The notes under the pieces were generated by a model. The model had not been told where the DNA came from, searched no databases, and saw nothing but the letters and a program-made list of their open reading frames with translations. A program made the position numbers and the translations under genes. Below, one piece after another: positions 21,652 through 33,208 of a DNA stretch of 64,000 nucleotides. Within the stretch, counting starts at the first letter, position 1. Each line of letters opens with the position of its first letter. This stretch comes from Vitrella brassicaformis CCMP3155. Its lineage: Eukaryota; Protista; Chromerida. The stretch covers positions 1-64,000 of the forward strand of contig CDMY01000759.1 of NCBI GenBank assembly GCA_001179505.1, given 5' to 3'.

Positions 21652-22151
21652 CTGCGGGAACGGTGGCCGAGTGGGCGGGAGGGGTTTTGGTGTCTGACGT
21701 GTCTTGTTCGCATTCATCGTATGTATCCCTAATGGGTGGTGAGAGGGCGACTGACAGGTAGCCATAGTCACAATGCAGCTCTGGGTGGGTGAATGTGAAA
21801 GTGAATGTAGCCAGCCAGCAACAGTGATAGATGGAGGGAGAGGCGGGAGGGAGGGAGGGAGGCAGAAGGGCTGTGTTAGTACTCTTTCGACCCAGCCTGC
21901 CTGCCTGCCTGTGTCCTTTTTCCTTTCAATGCCGGTAGGTAGATTCCCTCCTTCCCTCCGCCATTTGCGATACGTGTGCGTGTGAACGATGCCGTATTTG
22001 CAGCGTACAGGCCAGTCGGAGAATTAGGACAGACAGGCAGACGGACGGACGGACAGCCAGGGAGGGCAGCACACGACACGCAACGACACTCGAATGGTTG
22101 CGTTGCTTCTTGTGTGTATGTGTGTATGTATGTGTATTTGTTCGACCTACC
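21652..22151 (+). repeat. Direct repeat copy B (partner 19123-19651)
   Basis: Alignable by eye with copy A along its whole length. Confidence 0.95.
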
Positions 22152-22680
22152 TATCTAGTACCTTCCTTCTCCCTAGCTAGCTCTCTGTGCGTGTCTGAAT
22201 GTTTTGTGCGCACAGTGACTGACAGATAGAAACAAACAAGACGTTTTCCCTGTGCTTGAGCCACACCTGCACACACACACACACACACACAAACAGGACA
22301 GACACTCGGACAGACAGACACGCGCAAGGCACACATGACGATGCCACTCGTACTGCCCACATTCTGGCCGCCGATGAGTAGGTGGGGATCGAGTGCAGCC
22401 TAGAGCTCACCCAACGTGTTGATGCCTGCAGGCATCCACCCAGCCACATGCGTCCGTGGCCTGGTCCCCTTTGCTAGTCCTTTCTTGAATCTTGGCCGTC
22501 AGGCCATCTAGGGTGCTGCCTGAACCCGCTGCTTTCGATGAATGGATAGCGTGCTGTACATGTACAGCGGATTCTCACTCACTGAGTCGGCGTGAGTGCC
22601 CGGGGAGGTCGGCCTCCTCGATAGTAATCCTCGGCCGACACAGGGGCCCTTAAGCTCGTCAGCCGTGTTCGAGTGGCGCC

Positions 22681-25077
22681 ATGGCAGCAGCGGCGCCTTC
22701 ATCTTCGTCGTCTGCCTTGCCTCACGGCGAGGTCAGTCAAAGCACAACAAACACACACACTCATCAATGTGTCAGAGCATCACTGACTCATCCCTTTGTT
22801 CGTTTGACTCTTCGGTTCGTCAGGCAATGGCATCCCCGACGCCGTACCGTTACAAACAGGGCAGTCGTGTGCTGATGGTGACCAACTGGCGGGAGAAGGG
22901 CAAGCAGAGGTGGGTCAAGGCCGACGTGTATCGCATCGAGGAGGGCAGTGGACGGACGGCGCTTCACTTGAGGGAGGTGGGCGGACACCGGGAGGAGTTC
23001 AAAGTGCTGGTGCCGCATAGCAAGACAAAGACATCACCGCATGGCCAACAGGTACACGCGACGTCCACACGTCCACTCAATCACCGCATGTGTGTGTGAT
23101 GGTGTACGCCCAGGCGCATGGCGGCTTCCGCCTCACTCACAAGAACTCTGCTGATCAGGAGGATAACACAATGGTACACACACACAGCCACACTCGTGAC
23201 GCGGCTCACTCTCATGCTGGCTGCTCTCCCTGACTCAGGCCCCTTGTGGTCTTGGCGACGACCACCTGTCGTTTGTCTTCAGCTTCATGACCCCTCGCGA
23301 GTTGTCAGCCCTCCCAACACTCCTCAAGCAGTGGCCGCAAGTCCGCAAGGGGGCCTTCCACCAGCAGACACACATCGCCATCGCCATCGACTCTTCTACC
23401 GAGGAGGACCGCCACTTCTGGGAGAGCATGACGCCTGAGGCGGCCTTCGAGCTTGGCAGACGGCTCGTCAACCTGACAGCAGTCAGCCTCGTGCAGCCAT
23501 TCTTCGACCAGTCTTGGCGTCTGGGCACCATGATAAGCGTCGTGGAGGGTCATGCGGCCGGGCGGCGGGAGGCGTGCAAGAAGGAGGGGCAGCAGCACAT
23601 GGCGAAGGGATCGCTGGAGACAATCGACTTCACCACCAGCACTACCACCACCAGCAGCACCACCAACCTGTCCTCCCTCCCTGCCCCCCTCACCGAACCC
23701 TCCACCCTCCATGCCCTCAGCGCCGTCACTGGTGCCTTCGGTGAGCACAGTGAGCTGGTCAACAGGGGCTGGAAGATGCCCGCACTCCAGTGTGTGGAGC
23801 TGTGGGGGTGGGGTGCCGACGTCCTGGGCCGATTCATCAGCTCCTCGTCATCGCTGAAACAAGTGCGGGGGTGTCGGCGGTCATGGGAATGGTGGGCGGC
23901 TGTGTTTGAACGCTTTCCCGTCGCATCCGCCGGGCAGCCAGGGCCGCTCAGACACCTGCAGACCATCGGAGGGATCGAGCATGACCGTCATGGGGACGTG
24001 ACACACGGGGGATCGACACGACTGCAGGTAAGCAATCAATCACCACACAGGGGAGGCCTCACCTGTGCACACACACACACGAATGGTCTTCTCCTCTCTG
24101 TGTTCTTTTTTTAGGATGTGCTCACGTCGCGTGGCTGCCGCAAGTCGTTGACGGGCCTCGACGTGAAGATCCCACAGTTCCAGTACATGTACCACACCAG
24201 CCTCTCTGCCCTGCTGGCCGTCGACGGCTTCATCAACACGTGCTGCATCTCGCCGGAGGTGCCGCTCAACGTGACGATCGAGGGGAACATCTTCAACTTG
24301 GCCGTCTTCTACGCCGACGCATTCCCCCCTTGCCCATCCCCCTTCATCAAGACGGCCATCAAGGAGGCGGCACGGCAGGCGGAGCATGTGGGATACGCCA
24401 TCAGCCAGCACGACCTCACCCACCCTATCGACACCCCCAGCCAGGCGGCCGTCGAGATCGCACAAAGCCTCTCGTTCGACAAGGTGCGAGTCGTGGAGGT
24501 TCACGATGACCATGGCTTCGTCCCCCCTCTCGGCACCATCCCACCCGCCCCCGACATCATCAACCACCTGCAGCCGTTCTCGAGGGCGGGACAGCTGTAT
24601 TTGAACAGCCGTCTGGGCGTTGCTGCCTTCCGCTTGCTGGCGCAGAAGATGCCTATGGAAGTGGAGAGCGTCCTGTTTGATGCAAGGGTCAGTGCACTCA
24701 GTGCACAGGACAGGAGTGGTGTGCTGGAGGGATTGGGGGAGAAGAGGGTGGATCTGAAGAAACCAATCAACCTTGACCGCAACCGGGACGGCACCATCGA
24801 CATCAGCGTCAATGACCGCGAGGGCTCGGATGCCCGCACATCCTGGCTTGCTGTACTGGACCGGCTTCGACGCACGGTACAGATCAGGACTGGGGCTTCG
24901 ACGCACAGCGCCAGCCCCCAGGAAAGGGACTGGGGTGGCGCTGTGCGAATGAGCGGGGAGAGCGACGCAGACAGACAATCGCAGCGCTCAGTGGTCGACA
25001 CAACGAGCGTAAGCACGACTTCGCTCCCACCGGCAGATAGCCGTTTCAGTGCTGTTCACTTTTGCTCGTTCAGATGA
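22681..25077 (+). CDS. Hypothetical protein, probably of a lineage-expanded family; 3' end uncertain
   Basis: Spliced exons 22681-22731, 22824-~23050, ~23240-24027 and 24116 onward with strong coding character (WESMTPEAAFELGRRLVNLT, VVEGHAAGRR, GSLETIDF, RRSWEWW). No recognised catalytic motif. Confidence 0.65.
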
Positions 25078-26507
25078 TGCAGTCAGTGAGCAGGCAGACC
25101 AACGAAAGAGGGCCGCAAACGAAGAAGCAGAGAACCAACGACCCCGATTATGGGGCAGCCCCACCATTCATGGTGAGCGGACTGAAAGGAGATGAGGAAT
25201 TAGACAGGGAAATCACTGCTGCCTCCACGCGATTGCAACTATTGTTTCGGCAGGATCCGGCCTCTGTGCAGGGAGGTGGGAAAGGTCCGAGTGGGTGGAT
25301 CCTTTTTGGCTTGTCTCAGCCTCACGCAGTGCGGCGCCTTCGACGGGTGGAGGTCGGATCGCTTTCCATCCTGTCGCGAAATACACATGGAACTAGCAGG
25401 TATGCCGGGAGGGCAGTGATTGTCATCATATGTGTGTGTCCATCCACTTTGCCTTTGTGTCGTCTGTGCTGACGTTCCCGAGCGCATTCAACGCGGCTTG
25501 TCGACTCTGTTCACCGCTGGCGTGCGCGGCCTGAGGCGTGTGGTGCTGTCGCTGGAGGGCGTGTATCGCGACCGACGGCGTGGCGATGCCATTCGTGAGG
25601 TGCTCCCTAACAGCATGCGAGGAGGCGGCTTCACCATCAACACATTGGATCACCCTCCGAGGGACCCTCGTGACATTGTAGTGGAGGCAACTTATGAGGT
25701 GACACATAGACAGGAACACTCACTCACTAAGACCAGTGAATGGCTCATTCACTCACCCTCACGTGTCGGCAGGACCAGTACAACGACCCTGCCGCACCGC
25801 AGAAGGTGGATACTGCAACAGTGTCTGCTGCTGCCCTGGAGCCGGTGCTGACCACGTGCAGGGCCATGAACCTGCCACACACTCAGTCACTCAAGCTGCA
25901 CAAATGAGTGAGTCGAAGGGGAGGGAAATGTGCAGCCACACATAAGAGGGGCACGTGCTCATCTGTGTGTGTTTTAACGCAGGGCGAGTGAATCGAACCA
26001 CACACTGAGTGACCTGTGCCACTCACTCTCGCACGCCATACGCCACGAGCTCCCCTCCGGCCCACTGTGTCTCATGATCCATCACTGCGACCGCGACCAG
26101 CCGCACAGCCACGTGACGATCATGCGCAGCACGACGGTCACCCTCAAACCACCCGACGTGCCGCCCACACACACCCTGACGTCTGCGACGGTCCACGCCG
26201 TGATGCTGCACATCAAGACCAACAACCCCTCGATGCAGCTGCCCGTGGCGTCCAAGATCGTCAAGCTCTGTGTGGCCATGGCCTCAGACGGGTTGGGCCG
26301 TGGATTCGTTTCGTTGCAGGTAGGTGTGCCAGTCAGTCACGTGGTGTGTATCTTGTGTGAGTGTATCTTCTGTGTGTGTGTGTCTCTTGTCAGCGAGGCG
26401 AGGACATGATGCTCAGGGTGGGTTGCGGCCCGACCGACTCACGCTGGTACTTGGCCGACATCGAGACGAAGGTGGCGGATGACATTGAGCTGTGGGCCAT
26501 CCGCTGA
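25074..26507 (+). CDS. Hypothetical protein; may be the 3' part of the preceding gene
   Basis: GT-AG-bounded coding segments (QTKKQRTNDPDYG, DVPERIQRGLSTLF, KIVKLCVAMASDG, WYLADIETKVADDIELWAIR*). The ATG at 25074 directly follows a pyrimidine tract plus CAG, which looks like a splice acceptor. Confidence 0.55.
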
Positions 26508-28748
26508 GCACAGCAAGACAGACAGACAGACATCGATCGCATGTGATGGGTGCGACACGACTTGTTCATGATGCGTGTCTGTTCATGGACTGAAAGTTTG
26601 GATGAAGGAGTTGATCGACCGGCATATGTCACGTCACCACACCAATATCAGCACATTGGCGAAAGGATAGCTTTGGTCCTGCGTCACATTTGGTCGTGAA
26701 ATGTGTCCCAGAGTAGCAGGACTTCCTCAGTGAAATAAGCACAGATAGGCCGACACGCACACAAACAAGCACATGCACTCCTCAGCTGCAGATGCTTACG
26801 TGTCCCTGTCGTCTTTGCCAGGTCTCTTCCTCGTCCACACATATGCAGCCATTCCATGTGCCAAGATGCCAAACACAGAACGACAATGACTGACCTCTCT
26901 CTGTTTCATGTGTGTCCTGCATGTCGTGCTGAGCATACGTGCGTGTCCGAAGACATTGCACATGTCTGCATGTCTGGATACATGCATGTCCGAGACACGT
27001 TTCCAAAACGGCATGTTCATCAAATGACGAAATATCTTCATCAAGCTTGACTAGTGGTGTGCCGCGCGTGTGCGAGGGGGGATGGGTTGAGGCAAATGAG
27101 TGCACGCAATGGCGGGCATTGGAGTTGTAGCCATGCACTGATGCATCATGCATCACCACACTTCCCGTCGTACTGACATCACTCACACCGCCCGCATATA
27201 TAGCCTAGCTATTGCGGCACTCTACCCGACCCCCATGAGGTACACTCACACACGCAGCACCCATCAGTCAGCGCTCTTTGTCTATACAGGAGTGGATCAT
27301 AGAGTGGGATAAATGCAAGCGCGCCCACCCAATTGCCCAATCAGCCAATTAGCCAGGAGAGACACTTGTACGTCTGCACGTCATATGTCGACCGGCATGA
27401 CAAGACAAGACAAGCGAAGCGGACCAAATCGTGCGCATGGTACCGATATATATATACTGAATCTCTCTCAGCACTATAGCTCTTTCATGAGTCATCAGTC
27501 ACAAGACATCAAAACAGCGGCTGGGAGAGGGAGTGAGCTTGAACGCCGCAGCAGCACGTCGAGGCAGCAACATGTAAGCCTAATGCACCCCTGATGCAGC
27601 CCCCACCACCCCACCTCCCACGCCCCACCCCACCGCGATGAGAAATACACTGGCACGTACTTTGCATACAATGCGATGCAATGAATGGGATATGAAAAGA
27701 GGACGACAGACAAGGCAGACAGTTTCCATGTATATCCAACACACACGACACATCAAATCAAGACATCCTATAGATCCATCCATCGTACATATGTCACCGG
27801 CCCACCGCACGGACCTGTCTGTCGGGGCCACACTGCCGGCCTGCCAGTAAGCCACAGCCGCGCCACACCCGCTGCCTGTCTGCCTGTCGGCTGAGACGGC
27901 CGGCCGGCAGACACATAACGCCAGCCAGCCATTCATCAAAATGACAAGGCGGACAAAGATGGAATCCCACAACAGCACTCTGGACGGGCCAAAGAATCCA
28001 AAACGGCCGGCTTGTCTGTGAGGGAACAAACGAGGGGAGGGAATGAGAGAGAGAGAGAGCCATCGTACAAGGGAGGAAAAACGGCAGGGCGTGGACGTGC
28101 CACGCCTGCCTGTCTGCATGGCTGCCTGTCTGCCTGTCTGTATGTGTACACGAAAGGTCCGGAAGAGAGATATTAATAAAAGCCACTTGGCCGCTCCACA
28201 TACATGTGCCCATCACACGCAGACATGCGCACGTACAATAATGAAAACGACTCTGTCCAATACACCGGTCCACCACACACACATACACGGAGAGAGGGAG
28301 AGAGAGAGAGATGGGCCTGTCTATGTGCCGCCGTGTGTTTGCGCCTCACCACACGGCGGCCGGCCATGAGAGGCCATCCGCACACGAGAGACAAAGGCGA
28401 GGCATAGAAGTCTTTGAACACGTCAAGGACACAGATAGACACAGGGAGACAAACCCACCATTACGCCAGCACACCCTACCAAAACCGCCCCCTGCCCTTG
28501 GCGCTCCCACTCTCCGTTGTCACGAGGAAAAACTTGCATACGCTCTTACGGCACGGCAGACCTGTCTGTCTGTGTGGAAAAAGAGAAGCCTTGTCCGAGT
28601 GGAAGTGTACGTGTGTGTGTGTGAGATCCACATATCTGTCACATCTGTCATGCCTGTCCGTCCGTCTGTCTGTCTGTCTGTCTCCCGGCCAGTAAGCCAT
28701 GAAAACGCGCAGCCGTGCTCCATTTCCGTGAGTTAGTGCTCCGGCGAG

Positions 28749-30252
28749 TCAGCCTCGCTCAAGTCGTCGCCATGTCATCACACACATGACGGACACCCAC
28801 CCACCCACCCACATCGCCCGCCTCGCCTCCCTTCGTGCACGTAAGTATGGTGTGTGCGTTTGTGTGTGTTTGTGTGTGTGTGTGTGTGCGCATCTGTATG
28901 GGTCAGTATCACCCACTATGCGCCGAGGGACGGGCCTTGTGCCGTGCGTTGAGGGGCTCGTCGGGTCGCTCGTCGGGGCCGATCTTGGCGACGCTCCTCC
29001 GGGGCGCAACGGAAGGGGCCGAGATGAGGCTGGTCACCGGGGTCCAGCTCATGATTGCGGAGGAGTACTCGTCGGGTGTCGGCGTGTAGGACCAGCTGGC
29101 CGTGTGAATGTTGTGATTGAGGTAGTCGGGCTCCGTCGTCACGCCGTCGACCTTCAGGTCCAGTGATGTCACGTACGCCACTAAAATGTCACCCTCTCGA
29201 CCGCCACCCCATTCTCGCTCAAGGCCTTGAGCGTGTAGCTGATGCTGAAGGGCAACATGGCCCCGCTGCTGTCGTGCTGCAGCACGTCTCCACCGTACCT
29301 GCACGCACATACGCCGGGCACACACGCAGAGAAATGAATGGCGTGCTTGACTTCGTGCCACGCCCTCCTCAGCTGCCATTCACACTGACCCGATGTCCCT
29401 CAATTTGACGTTGGGGAACAGGAGACTGACGCCAATCTCCGGCGCGTCGGTGGCAGTGAGCTGCTGCAGGTCCACGCAGTCACGCTCCGGCCGGGTCATG
29501 TACTCTGTCACACCCTCGATCAGGCACCCAGCCCTGCCCGATTTGGCGGCCTCGTGCAGGGCCTTGACCGGGAGGAAGAGCGCGCTCAGGTCGGCGCGGT
29601 AGGTGCTGCCGATGATGGGTGGGAGATCGACACAGCTGGTGCCGAAGTCATTGGTGCCGCGATATACGGCATGGGTGGGCTGGACGCCGAGCAGCTTCAT
29701 GCACAGCTTGTCCCACTCCATGAGGGGCAGCCGCTGCTCGTTGCCCCACCAGGTCGTCAGGTCCGGCTTGACGATGCATTCCATGAAGATGTCGGCCGTG
29801 AGTGTGGGCGCATCGATGGCGAATCTGAAAGCACGCACCCATTCATGCAGAATCAGGCAGCCATCCCATCCGCTCACCTGAGGTTTTTGACGGTGTAGTC
29901 GCACCGGGCCGTCTTGTCGTCGAAGCGCGCCGTGACGTCGACGATCTTGGGCCACAGAGGCTGCCCTATGAGGACGATACAGTTGGTCATCTCGGGCCCC
30001 AGGCTCGTGAGCGACGTCGGAACACGCTGCTTGAAGTCGGGGAACGAGATCGAGTTGGGGCGGCAGATGATGTTGGTGGCCTCGAGTGACACGATGCGAA
30101 TCTGGCCGACCTTGGACAGCGGGAGGTCGGGACTCACGCACGGCAGGTGATGCAGCTCGTTCGTTGTGTCACGCTCCATCTTGAACCTGATGGTGTCGAT
30201 ACGCTCGAGCATCTTCAACAGGCTGCACACACACACAGACACACAGACACAC

Positions 30253-30284
<32 letters not shown>

Positions 30285-30490
30285 CGTGCCGTCGGTCCGT
30301 CCTTCCCTCTCCCTCCCTCCCTGCCTTCCTTCCTTCCTTACCGGTCTCTGGGAACCGGGATGCAGATGGTCATGTTGAGCCGCTGCATCTCTATGACCAA
30401 GCCGCCAGGCACCCATACGACCAGCCGCTTGGTCCCGGCCCGCCACTCCCACTCCTCCTCAGCCTTCAGCTCCTTCACTCCTGCTAAGCC
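28749..30490 (-). CDS. Hypothetical multi-exon protein; 5' end abuts a dispersed repeat
   Basis: In-frame exons ...TICIPVPRDR|LLKMLERIDTIRF...YTVKNLR|FAIDAPTL...VKLRD|YGGDVLQHD...|VAYVTSLDLKVDG... with GT-AG borders. No family recognised. Confidence 0.6.
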
Positions 30491-30507
30491 TGACCCGCCC
30501 CCAATTT

Positions 30508-30853
30508 GGGTCAGACAGCGCCACCGTTCACCAAAAGGAAGGGTACCACGGGCGGTAGAGGAAGGAAGTGGCAGGCAAAACCCGGACGAGTTGGGAGGGG
30601 CGGGAGGGGATGCGGCGGACCACATAAGCCAAAAAGCGAGTGAAAAGAAAAAGAAACGGGGGATCTGTGGCCGAAAGAAGGCTGAGAAGTCGAGTGTGGA
30701 TGAAAATTGGGAAAAGTGGGTCGAATTTTCGAATTTCCCGTCCCGTCTCCAATTCTCGCCGAGGGAGATCATTGCTTGCATCATCTGTTCGTGGAGAAAA
30801 CAGCTGCTCTGCCGTGCCCCCCGTCTCCGATCTGCGAGCTCAATGGCGTCTCA
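30508..30853 (+). repeat. Dispersed ~345-bp repeat, copy 1 (inverted partner at 63233-63576); MITE/SINE-like
   Basis: The reverse complement of 63233-63576 aligns nearly base for base. The same spurious peptide (MMQAMISLGENWRRDGKFE...) appears in ORFs 30338..30784(-) and 63037..63573(+). Confidence 0.95.
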
Positions 30854-31180
30854 CGTTCGTGGATGCCCCCCCGCCTTTCCCTCACCACCCCACGCGCTAA
30901 AAGGCACAGACAGTCGCGCAATGCCATCCTCGCAGACGTACACGTCTGGGACGAAACAGTCTCTTCTTTAACTGCCGTGGCAAGCGCCATGTTTGTCCGA
31001 TGGGTCTGAATTGGGTAGATCCACGTTTCCACGCCATCCACACCCCCTGTCGGTGAGTTTGTAGTGTGCATGGAGCCCAAATCCATGATGTGGGTGAACA
31101 TTGTGGTGAACATTTGCAGGCTTGATGAAGGAAGAGATGCAGCAAACATTGACGTCAACTGCACGAATATAGCATGCACA

Positions 31181-33140
31181 TCAATTGAAGTCTTCCGTCT
31201 CGAGGACCTGCCAGGCACAACCAAGGCGGAGACACAGGATGCCTGCATGGGTTTATGTCTCGTCACCTTTTGCATCTTGTAATGGTTCCTTTCCGGCACG
31301 ACAGACTGCAGAAAGAAATCGGCAACCATTGTCGCCACACCTGCTCACATACACATCCATGTCATGACGGTGGCGTCTGCCTGCGTGCCTGTACGTTCCA
31401 CCGCCCTACCCAGCAGTGCGAGTGCCGACGATATTTGCAGTATGATTTGTCCGACTGACGTGATGGCCCCCAGGGCAGCCGCCTCCGTCACCACACGGAC
31501 ACCATACTGCAGACATTCATCCATCCATCGATCCGCCATCGGCCGGTGACAGACAGGCCGAGACATGTGTGTTTGTGTGGCTGACGGTACCATGCGATAT
31601 GCGTCCCTCTTCCTCGTGCCGTCCTCATAATAGTAATGGTTCTGCGCGCAAGAGGAGAACAAACTGAGGTCAGCCGCCCCCCCATTGCGCTTTTCCATGT
31701 TGTCTCTTTACAAATCGGTAGTTGAAGCCGGATGTTGCGTCCACGAGGGCTGTCTGGAGGCATCCATCCATTTAGACACACACCAATCAACCACATATTG
31801 GTGTGCGCAGCGCTGGTGCATTACGTTGAGTTCCGTCTGGCACTGTTCGTCTTCGTTCTTTTCGTCGAGGTCGCATGCGAATATCACATTGGCCTGCACC
31901 ACCGCCCCGTTCTCACGCACGTCATCCAGATGCAGGTTGGCAAATCGCAGCAAATCCTCCAGCTGCACCGCACCCATGACACACCAAAGAATGGCATTCA
32001 TCGATTTATGGGTGAGGAAGAGCTTTGCGTACGGTGTATGTGTTTGCAGATGCGTTTGGATAGTGCATCGGTCTGCCATTGCGGGTCGTGGAGATCTCCT
32101 GCAGGCAGACAAAGAACAGACACAGACACACAGGTGCGCTAGATGGCTGGTGCGTCCGCGTTTGTCCGTACCAGGCCGTCAGCTAGCTTGTGGAAGTAGG
32201 CCTTGGCCTTGAACCTGCACAATCATACGCACACAGACACCTGTGTGTGCCTGAGAGATGGCAATTCTCTGATTCCTTACCACAGCGAGTACTGGTTGGC
32301 ATCGATGAGATGCTGCTCTGTCGTTGCCGCCCCCTCCTGCTCAGCAGGACACCACCCAAGCTTCACACACATCTGCAAACAAACCACACCAGTGACGCCA
32401 CCTGCCGATGTCCCTTCTGCTCACCCCGTTGTCGCATGTGGGTGTGGCGACTTTGTCTTCGCCCATGGCCCCCATGGAGCAGTCCTCTGCCGTCTGGCAG
32501 GGCGACAGGGGGAATGCACACCGCTTGTTCGGCTCCTGGCCCCGAGTAACCAAGATGCGTGTCGGCAGAAACACCTAATGGATAGAAACAGGTGCTATGC
32601 ACGTTTGGTGGTTGCGTCGTACCGCCCCCAGTTCCCCCGGGTTGGTGACGGCGTCATAGACGTCAAATGGTATCTTTTTGTCGCTGAGCGGGTTGCCCAG
32701 GACGCTGGTGACAATCCATCCGGTGGTCTTCTCCTGCTCCAAATACTGCTTGTTGATCAGAAACACCTGCACACAACATTACAACACCCACACACATGGC
32801 GGTGGGTGCGTCCGTCTCTCTGTCCATCCATAGCATTGCACGGGCCTACAAAGAGGACGATGTAAGCGACGATGGCGAAGAATACTGTGTAGTAGATGAG
32901 CCCGAGTCTGCTGTCGAGGATGCGCACCTCCTTGACTGTGTCGTACGAAAACACCTGATCCGCGTCAGGCAGCGAATGCCACCATCGCTGATGCAGATCA
33001 CCGCACCAATCACCGCACCGACACGCGCACGAGCGCATACACATGTGCATGAGAAAGACAAAGATCTCCAGTGCAATGTGGCAGCATCTGCGTTTGCGCA
33101 CCTGGAACAATGATTGGTTTCGCCGTTCCTCCATCGCCAT
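31181..33140 (-). CDS. P2X-receptor-like trimeric cation channel
   Basis: N-terminal FSYDTVKEVRILDSRLG (YxTxK), TM1 LIYYTVFFAIVAYIVL, KQYLEQE, FDVYDAV, Cys-rich head, GAVVQANVIFACDLD, SGFNYRF, YGVRV, TM2 QIILQISSALALLGVATMVADFFL, end YKMQKVLETEDFN*. Confidence 0.88.
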
Positions 33141-33208
33141 AGCATTCCGTCTTCAGCGTTTACATCATCACTGCGAGCTTAAAAGAGAAGTTGAATGGCG
33201 CTGATAGC
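33141..33208. promoter_or_regulatory. Very short (68-bp) head-to-head spacer between the P2X-like and centlein-like start codons; candidate bidirectional promoter
   Basis: ATG on minus at 33140 and ATG on plus at 33209. Promoter function is inferred only from this geometry. Confidence 0.45.

Noticed and set aside
26520-28740. Possible small genes in the 2.2-kb stretch between hypothetical genes
   Set aside because: ORFs are short, microsatellite-derived, and could not be joined into a consistent spliced frame.
30338-30784. Hydrophobic 'signal-like' N-terminus MMQAMISLG...FFFFSLAFWLMW as a genuine protein start
   Set aside because: It derives from the dispersed repeat, and the same text recurs at 63037-63593. 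Not accepted as coding without transcript evidence.
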